This document shows positions 17,670-27,763 of a stretch of 64,000 nucleotides of DNA, in pieces. How positions within the stretch are numbered: the first letter of the stretch is position 1; each line of letters begins with the position of its first letter. The notes under the pieces were generated by a model. The model was not told where the DNA came from. It made no database searches and was given only the letters and a program-made list of their open reading frames with translations. The translations under genes and the position numbers were made by a program. Source of the DNA: a bacterium (lineage in GTDB: Bacteria > Babelota > Babeliae > Babelales > RVW-14); assembly GCA_016699045.1 (NCBI GenBank), contig CP064957.1, positions 537,784 through 601,783 on the forward strand, in the 5' to 3' direction.

Positions 17670-19333
17670 TTACAAATCAAACAACATACACCATTTTTCA
17701 ACTAAGGCATCACTCATCACAAAGTCACGCCCTGCAACAATGCTATCACAAATAAAATCAATAAAATCATTTTTTCCAGGTAAGAGGAGCGAAGCCTGAT
17801 CAAATCTAAAATAACGATTTTGTGAGTATTCCAAAACTTCAAAAGGAATTTGTCGCTGTAAAAAGAAAGAATATGCATACTGACGAGCTAAATCTCTTGC
17901 TCGCTCAGCAAGTAAAGGCAACTGAGCGGCAGATTTTAAATAAGCACGATACTCTTCCTTAGTTGATGCATCATGAGTAAAACCCTTTTGCGCATAATGA
18001 GCCTGTCCGGCAAGGATCACTGGCTTACCCATCAATGAGATTTCAAGCCCTGCGGTACCACAAACAGTCACGGCCCCATCAATAAGTTGATAAAAATTTA
18101 AAGGACTTACCTCATCATGCATAGAAATTATTTTTACATGCTCTGGCAATGACGGAAAATTTTGCTTAATAAATTGTTCAAGCCCGCTGTATGGATTTTC
18201 CCAAGATTCAGCGGGATGAATTTTTATCAACCACGTTACGTCAGGAACCGCAGCAATATGAACTACCGTATCAAAAATCCATTCATTAAAAGTAGCGTAA
18301 GGCATTGGAACATAATCCCCAACATTGTCCCAATTAATATGACAAAAAATACCCCACACAGGTTTATTGCTCGTTATTTTGTAACGGTCTTTTAGAGCTT
18401 GAATATCATCTTGATAAATGCCAAATGATTTCATATCAAAACTAATTTGCTTCTTGTAACGATTTGATAAAAATTTATCAAGACGTTTCTTTTCAATCTC
18501 TAATAAAGGAACAGATTTTCTTTGTTCCCATGCATTGCAACTTATACTATAAAAATCAATAGGCTCTGAGTTAATATGCTTAAAATAAAATTGATAAAGC
18601 ATGTAAGACGACATCCAGGCAGTAACAGAAATATTTTTTGCCAATGCATTATGTAAAGCAGGCCCCAATCAATGTACGTTCCATGTGACATAAATAACTG
18701 GTTTGGCTTATAACTGTCTATTGCGGCATAAGAAGCTGCAGCAACCAGCAACCCTGCATACGTATAATCCAACAAAACATCATCTCTATCCTTAATATCA
18801 TGCCCGCGTGAATAGCGAATTAAAGCTGATGAAATATTTTTTCCAATATTAACACCCTTGAATGTCAACGAATCTAACGAATCCCAAGTCACCATATGAG
18901 CCTGCTTTAAAAGCTCAACACGATCTTGTTGAGTAATAAAATCCCCAACAAATGAATACGGCAGCCCTAGTATATCCAAAAAAGAAGCACAGGGTTCCTT
19001 GCAATTAGAACATTTTTTTTCTTTTTTCGAACATTGATAGTCTTGCTGTACTTCACGTCTCACGCATGCTGGCAAAGTTCCATCGCAAATAACCAACTGA
19101 ACATTAAAACCTCGAAGCCGAAGAGCAAGGGCAACTGCTCCTTCAATATTAAGTAAAATAGACATCCCACCAGTCACCCAAAAAAGAATTTTAGGAGCTG
19201 TTGTTTTTATCGGGACAGCTAAAGGATTTTTAAAAAGATTTTTTACCTGATTTCGCTTAAATTTTGCTTGTTGATAATCATGCAAAAAAACAGATGCTCT
19301 CTTCTTTAATCCCAAAACTTTTTTCAAAATCAT
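17670..19333 (-). pseudogene. Capsule_synth-family paralog interrupted by a frameshift at a G4 run (or sequencing error)
   Basis: ORFs 18542-19333 and 17670-18668 overlap in different frames and together align along the 568-aa neighbour. One extra G at 18663-18666 joins ...SHGTYIDWG to PALHNALAKNISVTAW. Motifs WLIKIHPAESW and GTAGLEISLMGKPVILAGQAHYAQKGFTHD. Confidence 0.55.
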
Positions 19334-20739
19334 AAACCAATCTCGGCGTGATCAAGTTTACTATTTCTTGCTTTTTTAAGCGTTGGATAGGTTGACACCG
19401 GCAACAAACCTAATGAAACAAGATGATTAATAAAAGTAAATAAGTGTAAATCCTGATACCGACGAGTCACAAGCTGCACACCAAAAGGCATTCCTGATGG
19501 CGCCCTAAAAACAGGCGCACTCACTGCAGGTACATACGTCATCGTCCACATAAGCGCAGGATCTGGTAATTCTATCTCATGACGCAAAGGAGCTTGGCCT
19601 GCCGTACTGAGCGAAACAAGTACATCATAATCGTTAAAAACATCATCAACTAAACAAACCATATCTCGCTGATCTGCTAATGCCTGGTGATAATCTTTGA
19701 CGGTGATAATCAACCCATCTTCTATCAGCTCAGCCATTCTTTCAGATACCAATTCTTTTTGCTTAAACTCTTCTTGGAAATAATACGCAAGCGATTTGTT
19801 ATAAATTATTCGATGCACATCGTGAGCATTATTCACTTGTTCAGGCATTGTAACTTCTTCAACTTCAACACCATCAGCTCCTGCAAGTTTTTGCACCCAA
19901 TCAATCATAGATTTTTGTGCATAATCATAAGCGTAATCCCACGTATGGCTACGCACAAAACCCACCCGCCATGGTTTTTTACGCGAACCTTCAGGCAAAG
20001 AATAATTATCCAATGCTGCATGAATAAAAGGATAATCTTTACCAGAAACTCTGAGAACATTTAAAGCATGGGCCAAATCTTGTACATGACTAACAAAAAA
20101 ACCAACAGAATCCAACGTGTCCGTCGTCTTTAAAATACCTGTACGCGGAATAAGCCCAAACGATGGCTTAACACCATACACGCCACAAAAGCTTGCCGGC
20201 CTTACTATGGAACCTGCTGTCTGCGTACCCAACGCAACGGGAAGCATCCCGGTTGCCACTGCAACAGCAGAACCACTCGAAGATGTTCCTGGAGAAAAGG
20301 CAGCATCGTGAGGATTAGTGGTTTCACTCAGCGCATGAACACCAAATTCAGCTGATGATGTCTTTCCGGGCATAATACCACCCGCACGCTCAACATGATA
20401 CACAACACGCGCGTCATTGCCAGGACAAAATCCTTGCCATAAAGCACTGCCCATTTGTGTCTGAAAATACTTGGTGTTAATAATATCCTTAATCCCAACC
20501 GGAATTCCTTCAAGCGCCCTAAGCTGCCCTTTTTGAATATTTTCTCGCGCTAACAGCGCTTTTTGTAAAAAATATTCAGCATCAAAATGTTCCCACGCAT
20601 TAAAGATCATGTCAGAATTTTGGACAAAGCGAATCATTGATTCGGCAACAAAAACAGGATCTAACATCTTTTTGCGATAAGCCTGTAAAGTTTGCTGAAT
20701 ACTATAATCTAAAAAAAAGCCATGTTGCATTGTAACCAC
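19330..20739 (-). CDS. amidase-signature family enzyme (GatA-like amidase)
   Basis: 469 aa. GIPVGIKDII (catalytic Lys region) and PGTSSSGSAVAVATG (Ser-cisSer signature). Start uncertain: GTG at 20739 or ATG at 20730. Confidence 0.85.
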   Translation of the reverse strand: MVTMQHGFFLDYSIQQTLQAYRKKMLDPVFVAESMIRFVQNSDMIFNAWEHFDAEYFLQKALLARENIQKGQLRALEGIPVGIKDIINTKYFQTQMGSALWQGFCPGNDARVVYHVERAGGIMPGKTSSAEFGVHALSETTNPHDAAFSPGTSSSGSAVAVATGMLPVALGTQTAGSIVRPASFCGVYGVKPSFGLIPRTGILKTTDTLDSVGFFVSHVQDLAHALNVLRVSGKDYPFIHAALDNYSLPEGSRKKPWRVGFVRSHTWDYAYDYAQKSMIDWVQKLAGADGVEVEEVTMPEQVNNAHDVHRIIYNKSLAYYFQEEFKQKELVSERMAELIEDGLIITVKDYHQALADQRDMVCLVDDVFNDYDVLVSLSTAGQAPLRHEIELPDPALMWTMTYVPAVSAPVFRAPSGMPFGVQLVTRRYQDLHLFTFINHLVSLGLLPVSTYPTLKKARNSKLDHAEIGL

Positions 20740-20744
20740 CCAAT

Positions 20745-21935
20745 CTAAAGATTTTCTTTGTTGGTTTTTTCAATTAATTCTTCAACAAAAGGCTTAACAG
20801 ATTTTCGTTGTTCTTTACTTTTAAAATTAATTGGCATTGCAATTTTACCAAGTTTTTTTAAACGATGACCTTCCATAATTTTATGAAATTCATCTTCCGT
20901 TAAACCAGTAATTTTTAAATAATAATCAAGCGCATCAGGCCTCATTGAATCATGTTTTTTTGCTAATTCAAAGCCCTCTTCACGCGTCAACAAACCGGCG
21001 CGCACATCAACACTCGCATGAAATGTTCCTCGACCATAGCCACGCTTGAGATAGCAGGTAAAGTCATGCACACCCGGCATAATGCACTCAGCACTTTTAT
21101 AACGTTTATAGGTACCATCAATGTTCGTTTCTTTCCAGGCATAGTTATCACGTACAAACTCCATTTGGCGCTCATCATCCCAAAAAATATAGTCGCCCAA
21201 ATGAATGCCATGAACGCCCACCTTCAAACATTCCTCTGGTGTGGGATTTTTGAATGGTGCAAGATCTTTCATAGTCAAATAATCACAGACCATTTCTTCA
21301 GGCTTACGCTTAGCAGAAACAGCGAGGAAATAATCTTTATCAAATTGCAAACGCTTACATTTGTACGATGCTCGCCCAGACGACTCAGATATTGACTCGC
21401 CCCAAATAAGTAAAGGAATTTTGTAAGCCACAGCAACTTGCAAAGGAAATGCTCCAACGCCGGCATGACAATGCCAACAAGCATCCCCAATAGCCTCAAG
21501 AGAGCGGCGAGCGGTACGATTTACTAAGTTTCGGTTTGGCGTAAACATAATGTGATCAACATTAAATTTCTCAAGTGAATTCAAAAGATTGTACATTCCC
21601 GTGCCACTAAACCAATTATGGCTAAACGTCACCGCCAAAGGCTTCATCCCATAAACTTTAGTAAGTACATGTAGCTGAAAGGTACTGTCTTTCCCGCCAC
21701 TAATGGGAATAATACAATCGTAGTTATCACCAGATTTTGCTTTTGCATCGTCCAATATCGCCCTTAAATCTTTTTCGCGTTCAGCCCAATTAATATGCAT
21801 TTTTTCTTCAGAAGAACGACAAGCCTGGCAAATACCCATCTCATCAAAATCAACTCCTTCTTGAGTTTCGGGAATGCAACAACGAATACAATATTGTAAA
21901 TCTTGAAAAGGAGTCGTGTTTTTTTGATCGTTCAT
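20745..21935 (-). CDS. N-acetyl sugar amidotransferase (WbuX/WbpG/PseA-type PP-loop ATP pyrophosphatase)
   Basis: 396 aa. N-terminal zinc-ribbon cysteines CIRCCIPE...GICQACRS followed by the PP-loop IPISGGKDSTFQLHVL. Confidence 0.8.
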   Translation of the reverse strand: MNDQKNTTPFQDLQYCIRCCIPETQEGVDFDEMGICQACRSSEEKMHINWAEREKDLRAILDDAKAKSGDNYDCIIPISGGKDSTFQLHVLTKVYGMKPLAVTFSHNWFSGTGMYNLLNSLEKFNVDHIMFTPNRNLVNRTARRSLEAIGDACWHCHAGVGAFPLQVAVAYKIPLLIWGESISESSGRASYKCKRLQFDKDYFLAVSAKRKPEEMVCDYLTMKDLAPFKNPTPEECLKVGVHGIHLGDYIFWDDERQMEFVRDNYAWKETNIDGTYKRYKSAECIMPGVHDFTCYLKRGYGRGTFHASVDVRAGLLTREEGFELAKKHDSMRPDALDYYLKITGLTEDEFHKIMEGHRLKKLGKIAMPINFKSKEQRKSVKPFVEELIEKTNKENL

Positions 21936-21947
21936 AATGTTTTCTTT

Positions 21948-22529
21948 CTAAAAAACGGTAGAGCTTTGTACTGCAGGTTGATGAAATTTCGCAAGAAATT
22001 CTTCACGAAGTACGCCATAATCTATAATATCGACAAACTGCCCATGCTTAAACAAGGCCTGTCGACGAATCCCTTCTTCTTTCATCATCATATAACAAGC
22101 CAATTTTTGCATAGCAATATTATTAACAGATGTTCCACAGTAAATTCTATGTAAATTAAGTTCCAAAAAAGTATGCTTTAGTAACATAATCGAAGCTTCT
22201 TTGGAATAACCTTTCCCCCAAGAACTCTTATCACCCAAAATAATTGCATACTCAGCATTGCGGCTAATATAATTAATGTTTTGAATAGCAATATTACCAA
22301 TATGTTTATCATTATCTTTGCGAACAATAGCACAGACTAAAAAAGCTGGATTAGCCATTACTAAATCAAAATAAGTTTGCGCAGCCTTTTTTCCATACGG
22401 AAAAATATGATGCGAATTAAAGCGACACACATCAGGATCATTCAGCCAAGAAACATAATCGCCTTCTAGATCCTGCTCACAAAGACCCCGTAAATAAATA
22501 TTTTCACCAATTAAAAAAGGCACTTTCAT
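21948..22529 (-). CDS. GNAT family N-acetyltransferase (RimJ/RimL-like; PseH-like role possible)
   Basis: 193 aa. IGNIAIQNINYISRNAEYAIILGDKSSWGKGYSKEA is typical of the GNAT acetyl-CoA region. ATGA overlap with the upstream aminotransferase. Confidence 0.75.
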   Translation of the reverse strand: MKVPFLIGENIYLRGLCEQDLEGDYVSWLNDPDVCRFNSHHIFPYGKKAAQTYFDLVMANPAFLVCAIVRKDNDKHIGNIAIQNINYISRNAEYAIILGDKSSWGKGYSKEASIMLLKHTFLELNLHRIYCGTSVNNIAMQKLACYMMMKEEGIRRQALFKHGQFVDIIDYGVLREEFLAKFHQPAVQSSTVF

Positions 22530-23872
22530 AATACTTTTCTATTCTCCCAAACCTTTTCAAAAGCTCTCACTACATCATCCAAATCATGCGTAGTCATGCC
22601 GGGCCGCATCAGTTCATGAATAATCAACTCATGCTCATGCATGCGTTCTGTTACGGGACAAATACCCTGAGCATAAGAAACTTCTGAGCCCTGCGCTTGT
22701 AAACTCCACGGATAATGCGAAGTCCCGTAGACCTGTTTTTTTTGGTAAATCGATTGCAAATAAAGCGGCTTAACATAGCCACCATTAATTTTAACGCCTT
22801 CAGTCTCCCGCCACTCCGTCACTTCCAGCTCAGCTTTTATTGCGTTAACAAAGGTATTACGAGAAACGCCTGCAATCTGTTCATTAAATTTTATGGCATG
22901 AAGATAATAGGCATGAGTAGAATCTTGGCGAACTTTTGGCATCGTTAAAGCCGGAATAGCCGCAAGTCTTTTTTCTAAATACGCAACATTTTCAACACGT
23001 GTCTCAACAAGCGTATTCAAGCGTTTAAGCAAAACAAGTCCTATGGCTGCTTGCATTTCAGTTAAACGATAATTAAAACCAATCATATTGGTAAAATGCG
23101 CATCTCCTTTTGCATCAATAACAGCTTCAGCATGATTACGAATAAGTCGCAATCGCTCGGCCAATTCGTCGTTATCAGTTACCACTACGCCACCCTCGCC
23201 AGTATGAATATGTTTGTGATAATTAAGAGAATAAATACCCATATCACCCAACGTACCCGCACTTTTATTTTTATAAAAAGCGCCAGGCGCTTGCGCACAA
23301 TCTTCAATAACAAGCAGTTTATGGCGTCGCGCAAGTTCATTAATTGCTTGCACATCGTAAGGCAACCCAAAAAGGTCAACGATCAGAATTGCCTTTGTGC
23401 GCGGCGTAATACGTTGCTCAATCGATGCAACATCAAGACAAAAATAATCTTTTTCTATATCAGCAAAAACAGGAATAGCATGATACACGAGAGGCGCTAC
23501 CGCTGAGGCAGACATACTAAACGGCGTTACAATAATTTCGTCGCCAGGCTCAATGCCTGCCGCCCCAACAGCTGCATACAAACCAGAGGTTGCTGAATTA
23601 ACTGCTATGGCATGCTTTACACCAAAATAATGAGCCCAGGCTTCTTCAAAAGCACGTACCTGCGGACCTCCATAAAAATCTTGATGCCATGCGCCAAGAT
23701 AGCGAGACAATACGCCTGATCGCAAAACCTGCGATACCGCAAGTTCAACCTCGTGATCAACCACCTGATAAGGAGGAAATTTTTTTGTTCGAATTTTTGA
23801 ACCACCATGAATTGCAAGTGGCGACAAAGCCTTACTCGGCTTTATTTTTGGTAATGTTTGAACGTCATTCAT
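22526..23872 (-). CDS. DegT/DnrJ/EryC1/StrS-family PLP-dependent sugar aminotransferase (PseC-like role possible)
   Basis: 448 aa. PLP-lysine context YSLNYHKHIHTGEGG. Also AINSATSGLYAA and IIVTPFSM. Confidence 0.85.
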   Translation of the reverse strand: MNDVQTLPKIKPSKALSPLAIHGGSKIRTKKFPPYQVVDHEVELAVSQVLRSGVLSRYLGAWHQDFYGGPQVRAFEEAWAHYFGVKHAIAVNSATSGLYAAVGAAGIEPGDEIIVTPFSMSASAVAPLVYHAIPVFADIEKDYFCLDVASIEQRITPRTKAILIVDLFGLPYDVQAINELARRHKLLVIEDCAQAPGAFYKNKSAGTLGDMGIYSLNYHKHIHTGEGGVVVTDNDELAERLRLIRNHAEAVIDAKGDAHFTNMIGFNYRLTEMQAAIGLVLLKRLNTLVETRVENVAYLEKRLAAIPALTMPKVRQDSTHAYYLHAIKFNEQIAGVSRNTFVNAIKAELEVTEWRETEGVKINGGYVKPLYLQSIYQKKQVYGTSHYPWSLQAQGSEVSYAQGICPVTERMHEHELIIHELMRPGMTTHDLDDVVRAFEKVWENRKVL

Positions 23873-25008
23873 CTCTCATCTCTCCCCAGATCAACGAATC
23901 TATAACGCGCACAACATGCGCCGTTGCTTGCTGGATAACTGAAAACTCAGTCTCCGGCATGGTTCGATGCATGATCACTTCTTGTAATGTAGCGAATAAT
24001 TCATTTTTATCCAAGACCGTTTTTATAAAACCACGACGAGAGAGAATAAACTGATCGGGAATTTTTAAGCCTATTTGTACACTCAAGATAGGAATATTCA
24101 ATAAAATTGCTTCCAATAAAAACATGGAAGACATACCACAAACTAAATCTGATATCAGCATAGCTTCTACCCCTGAAAGGGTATTTTTCGATAACTATTT
24201 TAAGCAAAGAAATTTTATGAGATGCAATTATATTTTGATAATACACAAGATCTTCTTTAGGATGCGGCCGTACCACCAGAATAATTTTTTTTTGAGAAAG
24301 TTGCACAATAGCTGTTAATGATTCAATTAAGGCCTGTAAGATTGTTTGTTCGGTATAACCAAGATAATTATTATCTTTAAAAATAAGAGAAAAAGGCTCA
24401 GAGGCAAAGGTAATTAACATATCAATATCGCCATACAAAGATTTTTTTAATGCCAAAATTTTATCAATCGATAACATATTTTTGCGCACTTGCACAAAAT
24501 CAAAGTATGGTTGGCCAGTAACAACCACCCGATCCCCAGCAATCCCTTCAAGAAGTGTTTGCTCACGGGCATAATCATCCATAACACAAATTCTTGTCGG
24601 CACAAATGCATGCGTTTTATCAACCTTATAAGCGTCAATTTTATCAACCCCGTAGGCCGAAAAACGAATGCCATAATTCATCCATTGGTCAAGGATTGCA
24701 CAAGAAGGAATAGAAAGCTGTTCACTTGCTCGCCAAAGATATTTTTCAGTTTTATCAGTCGCGCTAGTTCCTGTCACCACAACGGCTGGCTGCAATGCAT
24801 ATAAAAAATCAGTTATTTTTTCTTGAGTACTATCATCAATAACAGACGTTATATCGTGCCCTTGGTAGCCAAATTCTCGATACCGCTTAAGCGCCATGTT
24901 TTTGCCAAAAAGTACTACGTCATATTTTTTTTTCAAAAAATCGATTAATGGTATGATTGTGTTGGCACCACCTGGATCATGAGCAAACAGAAGTATTTTT
25001 TTTTGCAT
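23865..25008 (-). pseudogene. GT-B/MurG-like protein, candidate PseG-type UDP-sugar hydrolase, interrupted by a frameshift (or sequencing error)
   Basis: ORF 24007-25026 has a sensible N-terminus (MQKKILLFAHDPGGANTIIPL from the ATG at 25008) but a junk-like tail. Overlapping ORF 23865-24161 encodes a GT-B C-terminal segment, MLISDLVCGMSSMFLLEAILLNIPILSV. Removing one base in 24170-24188 (C4 or T5 run) joins the frames. Confidence 0.5.
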
Positions 25009-25960
25009 GACTATCATCCTGTTCACAAAACTTCATTACAATCAACGCATCATCAAGCGTGCAGTACAATGGCTGCCTACCAACCAAAAATTGCGCACTA
25101 TTGTCAGCCGCATAATATAAAGCCTGATCAAGTGACGACGAGTACTGGTGTTTTAATACAAGATTCGAATATCCTTGAAAAATGACACTCCGTTCAACAG
25201 CGTACTCTTCAATGGTAAAGCCACTATTCAAAATACGCAGCCGCCCTTTTTCAAACAACAAATCAATTTCAAAAATAGTAAATAAACGACAATCAACAGG
25301 CTGCAAAAAAAATGGGGCATCGTAATGCTCGAAATGCACCGTACCCACAATACTGGGATCATCGTCATAATAATCAAAAATTTTTTGCACAGACTTAACA
25401 GCACTCATCTCACCCAAAAAAAATCGCATAAAATCAAGCATATGCGAGCCGTTATGCAATAAGCCTTTGCCATAATAGCCAGTACCGGTAACAAAACGAC
25501 CAAAGTCCCCATGCTGGACCCGCTCACGAAGTTTATGAAAATCAGGAACAAAGCGACGAGAATAATTTACCAAAACAGGAATCCCCGCTTGCTCATACAA
25601 CTGTTTAATATGGCCTGCCTGCTCGAGCGTTTTCGTTAATGGCTTTTCAGCAAAAACAAGTTTAATTGAATAGCGTAAGAGTTGTTTAAGTATGTCATAA
25701 TGCGTCGAGTCTGGCGTTGCAACACAAACAATATCAATGGCACTTTGCAAAAATGCCTGCTCAATTGAAACAAATGCCCGACCTCCCCAACGCTGCGCAG
25801 CATCAGCAGCAGCAGCAGAATCAGCATCAACAAAACCAACTAACTCAAAAGCAGGATGTTTAGAAAATGCGTGTGCATGCGTAAGAACACGATGATCATG
25901 AGGAGTATCAAAAAAAGCACCAATTCTTCCCGCCCCAATAATTAAAACGTTATAATTCAT
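24977..25960 (-). CDS. Gfo/Idh/MocA-family NAD(P)-dependent oxidoreductase
   Basis: 327 aa. MNYNVLIIGAGRIGA Rossmann motif and the family EKP motif (FAEKPLTKT). Confidence 0.85.
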   Translation of the reverse strand: MNYNVLIIGAGRIGAFFDTPHDHRVLTHAHAFSKHPAFELVGFVDADSAAAADAAQRWGGRAFVSIEQAFLQSAIDIVCVATPDSTHYDILKQLLRYSIKLVFAEKPLTKTLEQAGHIKQLYEQAGIPVLVNYSRRFVPDFHKLRERVQHGDFGRFVTGTGYYGKGLLHNGSHMLDFMRFFLGEMSAVKSVQKIFDYYDDDPSIVGTVHFEHYDAPFFLQPVDCRLFTIFEIDLLFEKGRLRILNSGFTIEEYAVERSVIFQGYSNLVLKHQYSSSLDQALYYAADNSAQFLVGRQPLYCTLDDALIVMKFCEQDDSHAKKNTSVCS

Positions 25961-25964
25961 TTAA

Positions 25965-26666
25965 TTAAACAAGATTATTAATAACTTTATATTTTAATTC
26001 TGCAATTTTCCAATCTTCAAGTGAATCAATATCTTGTACCTCAAGCTCAGAAAGCTTAAGAGCCAAGGTATTTTTTGCAAACAACTGTTTTTGCTCCAGA
26101 AGACTTTGTGATTTCATAAAATAAAATTGGCCGCAATCATGATAAACAGGCTCGAGATCTTGCGAACGTTTATTATAATTTTCTGGCCACAACATACTTA
26201 GTTTGTCATCATCAACACGGACAGCTCGTTGAACCGGATAGCTAAAACGGACAACAGGGACAATTGAATCAACATTTGCATTAATGAGCATACTAAAACC
26301 TTCTTGCAAGCGTTGGGCTGAAACAAAAGGTGCGGTTGGCAAAATACAACAAAAATAGGTAAAAAATTTCCCCTGCTTTTGATACTCCAACAAAACTTCT
26401 TCTATAACATCCGCCAACATTGCATGATCATTGGCATTAGAATCAGAGCGAACAAAAGGAACCCGCGCCCCCTCTTGTTGCGCAATAGCTGCAATTTCGG
26501 CATCATCGGTCGAAACCATAACCTCATCAAAACAACCTGCCTGCAAAGCTGCTTGAATTGAATAGCTTATAATTGGCTTACCAAGAAAAGATTTTATATT
26601 CTTTCTTGGAATACGCTTACTCCCGCCACGAGCAGGAATAATTGCTACACATGAGTTCTCATTCAT
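25965..26666 (-). CDS. CMP-nonulosonic acid synthetase (acylneuraminate cytidylyltransferase family; PseF/NeuA-like)
   Basis: AIIPARGGSKRIPRKNIK motif. Start placed at MNENSCVAIIPARG (ATG 26664-26666, 6 nt after AAAGGA). The ORF-track start at 26684 is also possible. Confidence 0.85.
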   Translation of the reverse strand: MNENSCVAIIPARGGSKRIPRKNIKSFLGKPIISYSIQAALQAGCFDEVMVSTDDAEIAAIAQQEGARVPFVRSDSNANDHAMLADVIEEVLLEYQKQGKFFTYFCCILPTAPFVSAQRLQEGFSMLINANVDSIVPVVRFSYPVQRAVRVDDDKLSMLWPENYNKRSQDLEPVYHDCGQFYFMKSQSLLEQKQLFAKNTLALKLSELEVQDIDSLEDWKIAELKYKVINNLV

Positions 26667-26689
26667 CGAAAATCCTTTAATCATTTTTC

Positions 26690-27763
26690 TTATAAATCTG
26701 AGCGCAATAAACTATCTCCACAGACCTTGGCTACTTTTAAAGATTTTCCTAAGATAGTATCTTTTTCCCATGGAAAAAATGCATTAAGTGGCGCAGGTCG
26801 CAAGTATTCAATATCATGCTCGGTCACTGTTTCACCAACCGCCATATCACGGTTGAGGCGAATAGCACGGCGTTGTAAAACTACTGAGTCTTGTTCGTTC
26901 AACTCAACACGCTTAATACCATCACCAAGTGCGTTTTCTAATTCCCGGGTTCTATTAACCATATCGCGCCATGCCACTGGATTCATGGAAAATAAATGAT
27001 CAGGGCCAATTCTGTTATTATCATCAGTAAAATGTTTTTCAATAACGCGCGCACCCAATGCTACCGCACCAAGAACTGTTGCATGGCCAGGCGTATGATC
27101 AGAAAGGCCTAAAATCATTTCAGGAAAATACTGTGCATACGTTTTCAGAACATTAAGATTGATATACTTAAAATTTTCCAAAGAAGCCGTATAGTTAGTA
27201 TTGCACTGCATCAAAACTATTTTCTGATTATACGTTATAACAGCTTGGACAGCTCGTTCAACTTCTTGCATACAAGAAGCACCGGTAGCCAGAAAAACAG
27301 GCTTGTTTTTTTTCGCAATAGTTTCAATAAAATGCGTCCAGGTAACATCCCCAGATCCAATTTTAAACGCTGGCGCGTAGGCATCCCATAAATCTACCGC
27401 TTGGTAATCATAAGGCGCAGTAAAAATAGTTATTTTCGCTTCATGAGCAGTTTTTACCAGCTCTTCTGTCCATTCTCGACGACATTCATTATCCTGATAC
27501 GTTTCATAAACAGTTTTTTTCCACGTTGCTTGATGACTAAGCTGCCTTCCTAAAGTTTTAAAACCATAATCACTCACAATGCCATCTGCTATAAAATGTT
27601 GAAATTTTGCAACATCTGCACCTGCTTCTTTTGCTAAGTAAATTAAATCTTTGGCTCGAGAAATATCCCCATCATGATTTGCCGCAATATCAGCTATAAA
27701 ATAGGTAGGAGCTGTCGCCGAAATTTCTCGATCATCAACAAAAAACTTATTTTCATAATTCAT
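26690..27763 (-). CDS. nonulosonic acid synthase (NeuB family; PseI/LegI/NeuB-like) with C-terminal SAF domain
   Basis: Start placed at MNYENKFFVDD. Motifs FIADIAANHDGD, KFQHF, GLSDHT, and the C-terminal SAF-like RRAIRLNRDMAVGETVTEHDIEYLRP. Confidence 0.9.
   Translation of the reverse strand: MNYENKFFVDDREISATAPTYFIADIAANHDGDISRAKDLIYLAKEAGADVAKFQHFIADGIVSDYGFKTLGRQLSHQATWKKTVYETYQDNECRREWTEELVKTAHEAKITIFTAPYDYQAVDLWDAYAPAFKIGSGDVTWTHFIETIAKKNKPVFLATGASCMQEVERAVQAVITYNQKIVLMQCNTNYTASLENFKYINLNVLKTYAQYFPEMILGLSDHTPGHATVLGAVALGARVIEKHFTDDNNRIGPDHLFSMNPVAWRDMVNRTRELENALGDGIKRVELNEQDSVVLQRRAIRLNRDMAVGETVTEHDIEYLRPAPLNAFFPWEKDTILGKSLKVAKVCGDSLLRSDL

Noticed and set aside
17670-19333. Treating 18542-19333 and 17670-18668 as two independent overlapping genes
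   Set aside because: Together they are colinear with the intact 568-aa neighbour, and the junction is repaired by one base in a homopolymer. The second ORF's TTG start has no RBS.
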